Below are positions 1 to 10,919 of a stretch of DNA of 64,000 nucleotides, piece by piece. The notes beneath the pieces were generated by a model that worked only from the letters and a program-made list of their open reading frames with translations, was not told the origin of the DNA and searched no databases. The DNA lies in the NCBI GenBank assembly GCA_001655205.1, contig LPNZ01007402.1, forward strand, positions 1 to 64,000, given 5' to 3'. Source of the stretch: Lenisia limosa. Its lineage: Eukaryota; Protista; Breviatea. Every line of letters starts with the position of its first letter. Within the stretch, counting starts at the first letter, position 1. Made by a program: the position numbers and the translations under genes.

Positions 1-306
1 AAAAAAAAGAAAAAAAAAAAAAGCAATGAACAACCACAGAAGACTATATTCTTCGTAATAGTATATAAATCATCCGCCGTAATAGCAAACAAAGCATGCG
101 CCCCATGAAAGTCGGTATTTATCCAGAATAACCAATTGAATCGAATAACTTCACCTAGTAGCCCCAGAAACATCGCAGAACAATGACATCACTGGGTCCA
201 CAATCCTCAAGAAAAGGGAAAAGATTGGACTATCGAATATTCCAGAACATTCCCGAGACTTCCTATTTGTTGTGCATAACCAAAATCTCTGCCGCTCTCA
301 ACCCAC

Positions 307-903
307 AGGGAGTCCCATACGGGCAAGAGAAGTGTTCATGCGAGCCATGTTTCTGTCGGGACGGAAAAGACGGGCGTGGCCTTCGGGATCAATGTAAGCC
401 TTGAGACCTTCGAAGCACTGAAAGTGGTCAATGAAGCTGAACATCGCCAGTGGCTCCTGTGGCAAATCTTTACATAAAATACCCACCTCAAGACCGTAGT
501 GGAGGCACATGGAGGCGGGGTTGAGAGACAAGTTTTGGAACGGCTTGATTTCAGGAGCAGTCCAGCCGTTCTCCTTAGTCCAATCGACCTCTTTGAGAAG
601 TAAGAGAGAGATTGACCCGCATAAAATCCAGAGACGAAGAAATCGGGGAATCTTCAAAATACAGTGTGAATACGCTTACCAAGCATATGATCAGACATAG
701 TGCGACCAAACATAAGGGTCTCAAGAGGAGGACAATCCTTGGGGGTAGTAGTTTTGTTGATGATCAACTTGGAAGCCTAAAATTGTCAAAACATCTCGTA
801 ATAAGGGGTGCTTTACATCAAGGGACATAGCACGGAGGGTGGTGCTAAGCATTGGCTGGGTGACGCCGCGCAGAGTGCGAGCTAACATTGCTGAAAGTGC
901 CAT
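307..903 (-). CDS. BCAT: Branched-chain amino acid aminotransferase, 5' part (4 exons; the rest probably lies off the left edge), with a mitochondrial-type presequence
   Basis: Spliced translation MALSAMLARTLRGVTQPMLSTTLRAMSLD|ASKLIINKTTTPKDCPPLETLMFGRTMSDHML|EVDWTKENGWTAPEIKPFQNLSLNPASMCLHYGLE|CFEGLKAYIDPEGHARLFRPDRNMARMNTSLARMGLP matches BCAT motifs (F..HML, W..P.I.P, LHYG.E.FEGLKAY, LFRPD.N..RM..S..R). Introns are GT-AG. The N-terminus is Arg/Ser/Leu-rich with no acidic residues. Confidence 0.93.
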
Positions 904-1300
904 ATTGATCAAATCAACTAGAATCACTTGCTCTTTTGGAAAAAAAAAATTTTGTGAAAGAGGAAGTCATATAAACCCCCCACAAATTTGCAACCTTTAC
1001 GTGCAACTATCAACCCCCATGTAAAAGTGATATTTCAATTACATTTTCAAACTTTCCAATAAAGCGACAAGTTAGAGTTAGAGAGATAGAGAGATACTGC
1101 AGTGTTATATTTTATTAAAGAAGATAATTTTTTGGCCAGTATTTTGAGATATTTCATATTGTTTCCTTTTGACCGTTCTATTAGCCTTTTGACGCCTTCT
1201 TATCTATCAAGTGATCTTAAAGCTTATATGAAAATCAATCATTCGTAAGGTGAGAGATTAAGCCTCCTCTTTTAGCAACTGTCTTCTTTCCTGGTTTGAA

Positions 1301-4300
1301 ATGAATCCTAATCCTCTAACGCCTGTGGGAAACATCTTTGAAATATATTAATTTCCATAAAAGGGTTCTTTCGTTTTCGTTTCATTTGGTTTTAGATTGA
1401 AGAATGCTTCGGTAGCAAAAGCTCAAGGTTGGGGGGCGTCAATAAAACATGTAACTCGGCTTTAGTTATGTGTCTTTTTTTTTCATTGAAAGATAACCCT
1501 TCAGTTTGACAAGCACACCTGTCACAAAAAATCCAGGGTACTATGTTGATCAACCCCAGCACAGCGTAAGCGGTGGAATGCAAGGGCAAAGGCAGTCTTT
1601 TTCTTGCAATGTGTTCCGTTTTACGCTAAGCAACTCCCCAGCCTTGTCACCCTCAGGATGGTTCAGAGTGTCAAGTATTTTATTTAATTTGATTTGTTTA
1701 GGTCTCTGCAGCACCCTCCGGTTTTATCCAATGTTAATCGAAATCCGCAGCTATCCCAACCCATTTCCAATCCTCTTCCATTCCAAGCCCAAATGCCTGT
1801 ACCCCAGCAGGTAATATCCCCTCAGGTACGTGTTGAGTCTTTGTTATTGTATGTGTGTTGCTATTTGACTGGTTATTATTAGCTTGGCGATCTTTCATTT
1901 CATATTATCTTTTACTGTTTTGTATGACGGGTTCTCTTTTGCTATTTTGTATGAATATGCAAGGAAAGTTGTAAAGATAGTACAAAATAAGCATTATAAT
2001 AAGTACTCCACTCCCGGTTCAAATAAGACTGGAATTGATATGTCGATTTATTGATAAATTAAGGTTTTTTGTACCGAAGTTAAACACATTTCTTTCTTTT
2101 CTGATATGCAACTTATCATTATCAAAATTCTGATTTATTATTGATAAAATCTGCCTTGCTCCCTTTAAAACGAACAAGGAATTGACGTAGTATGTAATAT
2201 CCAAATCTATTTTGGTTCTGATTGCACTAATTATTACCCGACTCACATCCAAGGGACCGAACAACATTCCGGTCGTGCCACCACGGATTGCATTACACCC
2301 CCGACCGAGACCTCCATCGTCAATTGTCATCTCTTCTGCTGCTCCTCAGAAGCAGTTGAACAACCCTTTACCTGCAACGTCTGTGGTATCGGTGAAACAT
2401 TCTTCCGCCCCGGTTTCACGGGTACAGCCATCAGCACCTCAATCCTCACTTTCCGGATTCCTGTCCCAGGAAAGCCAATTCAAACAGTCTGCCACCCCAA
2501 GTATTTACCGCCCCGTACATTCCATGCACACTGCTATACCCGCTGCCACCCCCATCCCCCAAGTGGCAGGACCGCAATTCCACGCTATTACCTCCAATGG
2601 AGTCAATCGAGTGGGACCTTCAGGCTTGTCGCATATGTCTGCAATAGACCCCCCGAAAGCTGTTGAGATCCGACAGGACTCCCATGTTCAGATTAAATCC
2701 GAGCCGTCACGCTCAGTCCGACACACTCTCAGCCAGCGACCGCCGCCGCTGAAAGCCGCGCCATCTATTGCGCTCTCGCAAACCCCGTTATCGACGTTGT
2801 CGTCACCACCTATACCGTCAGGGCCTCTTTCCACCCCTTCGCGGCCGGAACCTTCAGTCACGCCCACTTCGGATGACAGCATCGTTTCAACTGTTTCGTT
2901 TGCGGGGGGGGGGGNNNNNNNNNNNNNNNNNNNNNNNNNNNNNNNNNNNNNNNNNNNNNNNNNNNNNNNNNNNNNNNNNNNNNNNNNNNNNNNNNNNNNN
3001 NNNNNNNNNNNNNNNNNNNNNNNNNAAGCATACAGCGTCAAAAGTAAAACAGGCGAACGTTCGTCTTGGCAGTTTACTTTTTAGTAGTACTGCTGAACCG
3101 GTTAAGACTGAGCGATATCCAAAACTTGGGCATACTTCGGCCATCCCCCCACTTTCTTCTTTAGGTATGTGCTGTGGACAGAATTATGTTCTCTTGTATG
3201 TATTTCTTGAAAGAAATTATACCTGGAAATATCAACTGTTGGTGAGATCTTATTGAAACAGAAGTGAATATTTTTATGCTCCGCATTTTAACCTTTAAGA
3301 CAATTAACAGTTTAGCTCCATCGCAGCCCCGTTTGCCCTTAAAAAGACAATCACAACTTCGAAAAAATGTAAGCTTTTTCTTCTGTTTCACTTTTAAAAC
3401 AATTGTCCAAAAATTCATTGTTTAGATTGGTGGAATACCTCTCCTCAGAAACAGCCAACAGTCCAATCAAACTCCCACGATGTCAAACTTCCGAGTGCAA
3501 GCCACTGCAAAAGAGCCTATCGTGGGTGTCGCCGTGCTATTACCATATAATACAGTGTTGTATGTACTATATATAGTTAGTATTACTATAGTATAGATTC
3601 CCAACGGTTCCAAAAAGATCCGAAAAATATCTACGGGATATGTCTTGACCGATAATCCTTGGGAAATCATATAGCAAATCGGTCAGGACTTTGCCCTGTC
3701 ACTGTATATATTTATATATAGCCATGGTAGATGTATGAGATAGTAATATTACTATATGATATTATATTATATTGAGGATTTACCAGGTAATTCGGTCCTT
3801 TGGTACCCTAGAGAAGCTCTTGTTAGATATGATATTATTATTTCATTACAAAGATTCGGTTTTTATTCCGCAGAAGCAGCCAAACAAGAGCCCCGTGAGC
3901 ATGATTGCCGAATGGTCCTTTCTTAACAAGGATCATCGCCCTCAGTTTAGTCCGGAGGCTATCATCTCCGACAAAGCGAAGTACATCAAAAAGGCCCAGG
4001 ACCTTGCCAGAGATCACACCAAAAGCATCATTCAGCAGCATTCGCTAAGCAATTCTGTTGTGGGTGATGATGTTGAATTTCTAAATCTCTCATTCCTCTA
4101 TATTGTTTCACATCTTTAGGTTTCTCAGGAGTATTCTAAGGTGCATGAAGATGGCTGCATCGACCAAATGTTCAAGGAATGTGCTGATGTTAAAACGTGA
4201 GCTCGAGGAATAATCATCCATATCAAAAAAAAAAAAGTATTTGGGCTTCTTTGGTCTGAAAAGACCATGAAAATGTCGATATTTACAATTCACATGTTTC

Positions 4301-5038
4301 GTTGTATTTTAGAATCATTCAAGGCTATCATATCGACATAATATCTTCCCCATATGCCATGCTCATAGTTTAGGGACCAAATCCACCCTGAATTAGTTCA
4401 AAAAGTGTATGACATGGTCTTCGAGGATGCCATTGGCAAAAATATCATTTTCAAGCAGGTGTCAACAATACTGGTAAGAAGGGCCTTATGTTCGGTAAAT
4501 GATTAGGGATGACCTCCTTTTCTTGAATATTAGCATTTCAAATCACATCTTAGGCGAACCCTCCTGACCCAGACCCCAACTGGCTGAAGTCGTGGAAGAA
4601 CGGGGCCACGCGCGTACCTTGGCAGTTTTGGGAGGTGCGTATTGCTTCAGATCTCGAGCCTTTATCAAAATTATAAGAATTATGTATAGTATGTAGAAAT
4701 GAAAAATAAAGCAACTAGAATCAGGCTGAGACTGTTGGCACCATCACATTTTTAAGAGATATTATATTACAAATTCACCTTATAACAATTTTCTGTGTGG
4801 CTCCCCTTTTGTCCCTTTTAAACATGAATCTCACAGTTGTAACCCCCTCACTAGCTCACCCCTTCCCTCTATTAACAACTGGCAGATTGCCGTTTTGCGT
4901 CGACTTGTTTTGCGATACGGCAGCGACTACAGCCAATATATGATGTATCTACACAACAAAAGTGCCAATGCTTGTCGTCGGTTCATTAAGGACGAGGGCG
5001 GTGCCAAGGAGCTCTGCAAGTCTGAGGGCCGGCTTTGA
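1301..5038 (+). CDS. Pro/Ser/Gln-rich multi-exon protein with a C-terminal SANT/Myb-like domain (start uncertain, gap inside)
   Basis: Long low-complexity exon at 2212-2910. Last exons read ...PDPNWLKSWKNGATRVPWQFWE|IAVLRRLVLRYGSDYSQYMMYLHNKSANACRRFIKDEGGAKELCKSEGRL*, resembling the SANT pattern W...E...F...+..YG.D+..+...+..KS...C..F. Stop TGA at 5036-5038. Confidence 0.55.
3634..3708. mobile_element. MITE-like family B copy 1 (left end truncated), intronic
   Basis: cgggatatgtcttgaccgat ... atcggtcaggactttgccctgtcactgtata; internal inverted repeat, similar to 32451-32537 and 33121-33197. Confidence 0.65.
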
Positions 5039-5059
5039 AAGCATGTTTTCTGCAATACT

Positions 5060-7847
5060 ATGACAGATCCTTTGAGAACTGTTCACATTGTACTCATATA
5101 TGTAGACCTTTGTATTTTGCCCACCATCGCCTCCATAGAAATAATTTGGTGGATGAGGTGTCAGTCAAAGCAACATCGCAAGATCTTGAGGAGGTGGGTT
5201 CGATTCCAGCTTCTGCTTACTTTTCTTATTTTTTTTAAGAGTGTTTAATCTCTTTAGCTCAATAATGGAACATTTTCTTTGGCTGTTCTTCCCGAAGATC
5301 CCGTATTCGAGTCTTTGAAGGAGCTTGATGAAGGTAGGTAGTGCTCATTTCAATTTTTCTTTTCTTTTGTAAGTTTAACAACAGGTTTATTCGTCTAATT
5401 GTCATAAAGCTGATATTTTTATGTTCCTTGGTTTTCACTTTCTCACAAAGCTCAGCGTAGTTTTGTATCTTTTCCCCCTCACATCAACTGTTTGAGTGGT
5501 AATAATAGATGGTACTTTTATCGTATCCTGGGGTTTATAGCTTTAATTATTTGACAATAGAGTCGAGATCTGGGCTTCTTTTTTTTTTGAAGCTTCCGCC
5601 TTCTCCTTTCTTTGTTTCTGTTATTTCGGAGTTTGGCCCGTTTCTGTAGAATGTAGATTTTCATCAGAATTGTTGACAAAACAATTACAGTGTTATTTTT
5701 TGTTTCATAAATTCCCCCTCCCTGCCAATGTAGGTTTTTTTTTTTTTGCTAGACTTGTAATTTACCCATNNNNNNNNNNNNNNNNNNNNNNNNNNNNNNN
5801 NNNNNNNNNNNNNNNNNNNNNNNNNNNNNNNNNNNNNNNNNNNNNNNNNNNNNNNNNNNNNNNNNNNNNNNNNNNNNATTGTCATGATAGTTAGCAGTGC
5901 AGTTCTCATTATGCGGTGATCTATGCTGTTTTTCCCATACATTTTCCTATACATTTCACCATACATTGCATTCGGTGTCACCCTTCAGCAGACGAAGCCA
6001 AAGGTAATTAAGCAAATCATTGAGCCACTTGCTGAGATTCGAAGTACTTCCGATATCCTTGACGCAGATATGAACTACTGGTACAATCCTGATTCCTTTG
6101 GTTTGTGGGTTTTGGCACATTTAACCCTTTATTCAGTATCCATAATTTATGTACAATATCCATTTGGTTCCGCCATACATTGTGATGAGAAATTGCAGTC
6201 AACATTTGTCAATTGCTACTTAGGAAGATTGTTATGTTAATATAGATACTAACATTACATATCAAAAAATGTACGAGGATTCGACCTACTTTCCAATTAT
6301 CCATATGAGGGATAGGGGAAACATTCCGCATAGCTGTGTAATCGTCAAAAATAATGTGATGACAACTAAGCCGAATTTGGACCAATGTTATACTTATATA
6401 TTAATAGGATGCTTACATTGCATGAGGTCTTTGCGTAACTCACATCTTCAGCTGACTCCCCATTCCCCCAAATTTCGGAATCTGAGCCTCTCTCCACCTT
6501 GTTTGGGGGTTATATTCTTCGCTTCTAAATAATTGCGGTTTATCTTTGTTGCTTCCTTCTCAGTTATCATTGCTTCCCTCCTATTATGATGCTTGTCATA
6601 CTTATTGACAGGTACGATGACGAGGCAGCAGAGATTGTGTCCAAAGTCCTAGACGCCAACAAGTCACACCAATTTGTTGGAGTCATTACGGACTCTATTG
6701 ATGAGGGAGATGAAACGCTCTGTGTTGATGAGGTCTGGGAGCATACCACTTGCAATTGCGTTTTCGAAAGTTTAAAGCACAAAATCCCCACCTCCAAATC
6801 TCTCTCAGAGTTGATTTGGGTTTTTTTTGTTTCATAGATTTTCCAATTTTACTCCCCCCCCCNNNNNNNNNNNNNNNNNNNNNNNNNNNNNNNNNNNNNN
6901 NNNNNNNNNNNNNNNNNNNNNNNNNNNNNNNNNNNNNNNNNNNNNNGGACCAGTGCAATGTAAGTGGATACGGAGTTCATATTTCATTTTGTTTGAACCA
7001 ATTTACCCCCTTCCCTTCCCTGAGAATCTGGAGCTTTTTTTTAGTTTGTTTCATTTGTTTTGGTATTCGTTTGATTTGGCATTTGATAATTAATTGTGTG
7101 TTTGTGTATCTTTGTTTACCCCTCTCCCCGAAAGTGGGTTGCTTTGTGCTTCTTCTTCTTCCTATTCGCAAATTATAGTATTTTAACTGTCATGTGTTTG
7201 AACACAAATTTCCAATTTTACTATCGAAATTTCCTTCGTTTTACTCCCCCCCNNNNNNNNNNNNNNNNNNNNNNNNNNNNNNNNNNNNNNNNNNNNNNNN
7301 NNNNNNNNNNNNNNNNNNNNNNNNNNNNNNNNNNNNNNNNNNNNNNNNNNNNNNNNNNNNNNNNNNNNNNNNNNNGGAACCCCGTTTGGTCGGTGGATTG
7401 GTTGTGGAATAAAGATTGAGTATTTTGGATTGTGATGAGCAGAGGATCTCTATTCTGACTTATGAGCAAGCAGGTGTTATTTGGCTGCTCTTGTTCCTTC
7501 TATTTATTTTTTTTATATAGAGTAGATGTGTGTTGACATTTCAGGTACACTGTTTCGCCCCAAGGTTTCAAAACGAAATTGGGGCGAAAACCCTTCCCAG
7601 GTCTTGATATTAAGAAGAAGAGGATAAAGAAAGAGCCTATCAGGAAGAAGCGTGAGTTGTAATATCTATTTTGTACTTTTATCTATGTCGAGTTGAGATC
7701 TCTATTTCTATGTTTCTGTGTATAATAAATGTTTCAGATGATGAATTTTATATCTGGAGGAAAATGTCCAAAAGAAATTGCAATAAATGTAACATCAGTG
7801 TAACATGCGAATTCGTAACCAACCAAACACTCCACACAGCTAATTAG
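5060..7847 (+). CDS. Hypothetical multi-exon protein (three assembly gaps, boundaries approximate)
   Basis: GT-AG bounded open exons such as HRLHRNNLVDEVSVKATSQDLEE|LNNGTFSLAVLPEDPVFESLKELDE, YDDEAAEIVSKVLDANKSHQFVGVITDSIDEGDETLCVDE and YTVSPQGFKTKLGRKPFPGLDIKKKRIKKEPIRKKR. No family recognised. Confidence 0.45.
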
Positions 7848-7879
7848 CATGAGACACCAATCACAAACTTGGTCAAACA

Positions 7880-8142
7880 TAACACAAAATCACGAAACAT
7901 AATTCATAAAAAATCACGAAACATAATATACTATCATAAAAAATCACAAAAATGAAATATCATGACATTCAAAAAAACAAAGTGAAAACTGAAATATCAT
8001 GGCCTGAAAAAAGAAACAAAGTGAAAACTGCAATATCATCACCTGCAAAAAACCAAAAAAATTACAAAAAAAATTACAAAAAAAATTACAAAAAAAATTA
8101 CAAAAAAAATTACAAAAAAAATACAAAAAAATACAAAAAAAT
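7880..8142. repeat. A-rich short tandem repeat block abutting the tRNA 3' end
   Basis: About 5 copies of AATTACAAAAAA plus 2 variants (8060-8142); a ~39-nt unit aaacaaagtgaaaactg(a/c)aatatcat x2 (~7975-8045); aaaatcac(g/a)aaa x3 (~7885-7950). Confidence 0.85.
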
Positions 8143-8215
8143 TGCCGACTCCCGGGATCGATCCGGGGACCTTACGATCTTCAGTCGTACGCTCTCCCAA
8201 TTGAGCTAAGTCGGC
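8143..8215 (-). tRNA. trnF-GAA: tRNA-Phe(GAA), intronless
   Basis: GCCGACT TA GCTC AATTGGGA GAGC G TACGA CTGAAGA TCGTA AGGTC CCCGG ATCGATC CCGGG AGTCGGC A. All four stems are fully paired, the anticodon is GAA, and oligo-T Pol III terminators follow. Confidence 0.96.
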
Positions 8216-8559
8216 TAGTACATTTTCGAAAGGATCAAAATGATTACCGATGATGGCCTTTTCTTACATTAATTACATTAGTTACATGAGTCACATACAC
8301 GGGGGGTTTATATATCGGACTATTTAAGAAAATTGTGATTTTGTTTCATCCCTTCACAGTCTTAAGTACTGGGTAGTATACGTAAAGAGAACAAAAATAC
8401 GTTTTGAAAGCTGCACATTTCTTTAAAATATACTCACTATGTGATAATAGCATTCTTTGTTGGTCTGTGTTGCCCTCTTCAAGCCGCTCCCCCTGTAACG
8501 GAGTGGCGTTATATAACAACTAAAGCTACTGAATAGGAGAACTTCTCCACCGCCTTAGA

Positions 8560-10769
8560 ATGTATCACTTTTACACTCGTGAAGAGTTGTCAGATATCTC
8601 CATCTTCCAATGGCTGTCCCCCATCGGAAATCTCTCGCCAACGCATATGGCTTTGATTATTACTTCATTTATGATGTTTTCTCTGGTGTTCTTGATAGGC
8701 CAAGTGTTTTCACCTCTGCTATTTCCGTCTTTCCGCAAGCTTTCGAGAACCGACCGTGTTGACTGGTGTACAAGGTATTCTGGATTTCCATTTCGGATAA
8801 ATTATGGAGGCTAAAGAAGTGTGATGGTGGTGTAATTAGAGAATTCCCTCTTTTGCTACTTGGACATATCCCTTATTTTTTCACCTTTTTCATAACCTTT
8901 TGTACCTTCGGAAGAGTAACTATTTTGGCGGGCAACATCAGATTTGTACCCAGGAGCTTTAATGAGTTTTTGCAGTGGTATATTGCTTTAATAGTTTCAA
9001 AATTTTACAATAAGACAATGGGGGAAGGCACTTGTTTTTGCGTTTCAGTTCCGGTCATTCCGAACTCTCCACCCGCAACCTTCCGCTTTTCCTTCCGCTT
9101 ATCCGTTTTAGATACACGTCATCGCTTCATTGTATCGGCGCTGTGGGGGCGGCCATCTACATCATTCTCACCCAGCCTAATTTCGGAAACGATCCTCTTT
9201 TTGATACTGATGTTCGGGCAGAGGCTCTGCTTTGCTTCTCTATCGGGTAGGTGGGGACGACTCTTCCTGAATGGTCATCTAAGCATAGGCTTTTGAGGCA
9301 GTTTGTTTAGTCACCTTCCATACATTTTTTCGGCTATTAAAAATGCACAACTCTCGCACAACCTTTTTTCAACATTTTTCTCTCTGGCATTTTCCTTTAG
9401 AAGAGGTGATATGAAACAAAACTTTTCACCTTAAACTTTGTGCTGGTTTATTTGGAGAGGTTTTTTGTCTGGTTTTTGGTGTTGAGGCTATACGAAGATT
9501 TCCTCCCAACTCTGGATCATTACTGCACCAAATCCCCTTATCTTAATTCTTATGTCAATGATGATGTTGATGCTAAAGAAAGAGACTGTTGTCTTTTAAA
9601 AAACTCATCAAAGCTATTCAAGAACAATAACCATATCATACATACAACTTATATGTACATGTATATATACTATGATCTATCATTTTTGATATCCAGTAAT
9701 AAATTTTGATTAATGGAAGAGAACTGGAGAAGAGAAAGTGTTTTGAAATAAGCTTTCCAGAGACTTTGCTTATCGCAAGCCTTCGGAAGCAGAAAGTTTA
9801 CTTCCGAATTTAGTTGACAAGAAAAAGTTTCTTTTCGCATTCCCTTGATTATATTATATCCATCAATTCGGGTGTTCCTATCCATCACGCTTTAGATACT
9901 TTGCAATGGACCTTTGTGTTGTGTTACTGTACCGTCTCCAGCCAATTGTGTTCCTTGTTGCCCACCACTGGATCTCAGCACAAGGCTTCGTCATCATCAC
10001 GGTTGGTTTTGCAGAACAAATACATTTTATATTTATATCATACACTATGATATACTATAGACATTTTTCCTCTGTCAACAAGAGAATTTTGAGAATACTA
10101 GTGCACAAAAACATCACATTGTATCTAGGGTTACGGACAAGGCGAGTATTTTGGTGTCGTGTTTCTCCTCTCTGAGGCCACTGGTAAGCAAAATATAAGA
10201 ATTCTTAGTTTTTAAATCATTTCCGCCATTCCAACCTATCACCATTCCAGGGCCTTTTTTGAACATGTCCTGGATGCTTGCAAAGTCCGGCTATGAGCTG
10301 TCCCAGTTGAACTTCATTGTTAAGTTCTTCACCACTATTAACTGGTATGTTGTTAGTGATCAACTGTATAATGTTCCATACTCCTTTCACATACCCCTAG
10401 TGCCTACAATATTTGTGCTAAGTTTTTCCTCAATCAATCTCATGACTCTTCAGGTTCATCTTTCGTACCCTTCTGAGCATACCGATGTTGATGATCGGTG
10501 GCAAAATTTGGAGTCTTTCTGCTTCTTCAACCCCCTATATCAAATGTTAGATTCACTCTCTCCATTTTATGTCACTCTAAAAATAACCACCCACCCTAAT
10601 TAATGTTTCTTACTTTTTAGTTCAAATTGGTCTGACCCTTCTCTTCCTTTGTTCCATCAATATACTGTATTTCTACGTGGTCTTCCAAGAGCTAATGGAC
10701 CTCAAACGAAGAAGAGAACTCTCAAGAGCTTCCAAGAAGCATGAGAGGTCGGCAATTAATTGCTTCTAG
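8560..10769 (+). CDS. TLC (TRAM/LAG1/CLN8) domain membrane protein, TMEM56/TLCD-like
   Basis: Hydrophobic exons: ...RTDRVDWCTR|YTSSLHCIGAVGAAIYII...FSIG, FLVAHHWISAQGF (TLC xHH motif), LSEATGPFLNMSWML (E.S.PF.N..W.L motif). Ends ...KKHERSAINCF* (TAG 10767-10769). Confidence 0.8.
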
Positions 10770-10919
10770 TCTTGGGTGTAATGTTGTTTCTTTCGTTTCT
10801 TAGTTTGTTTCCCCTCTTCTCTCACTTATGGTTATTAGTTGGTTAACTGGTAATGGATATAGTATGTCAATGATAATATCAGTTGGTTCAATAAAAATAA
10901 ATAAGTTACACAAGAAAGG

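Noticed and set aside
5197-5207. Perfect tRNA B-box/T-loop-like GGTTCGATTCC
   Set aside because: No acceptor, D or anticodon stems can be folded around it, and it overlaps a GTGGGT splice donor (5194) ending an open exon. Treated as chance.
6835-7252. Repeated tttccaattttactccccccc ends before two gaps
   Set aside because: Both precede N runs at poly-C tracts, so they are probably the same intron sequence scaffolded twice or short-read dropout. Most gaps in the window abut homopolymers.
7410-7412. In-frame TAA between two open stretches, suggesting stop-codon reassignment
   Set aside because: It lies next to a gap and is probably intronic. TAA, TAG and TGA all terminate well-conserved genes here (H2A, H2B, RAB8, eIF4E; PHF5A; PIG-Y), so the standard code holds.
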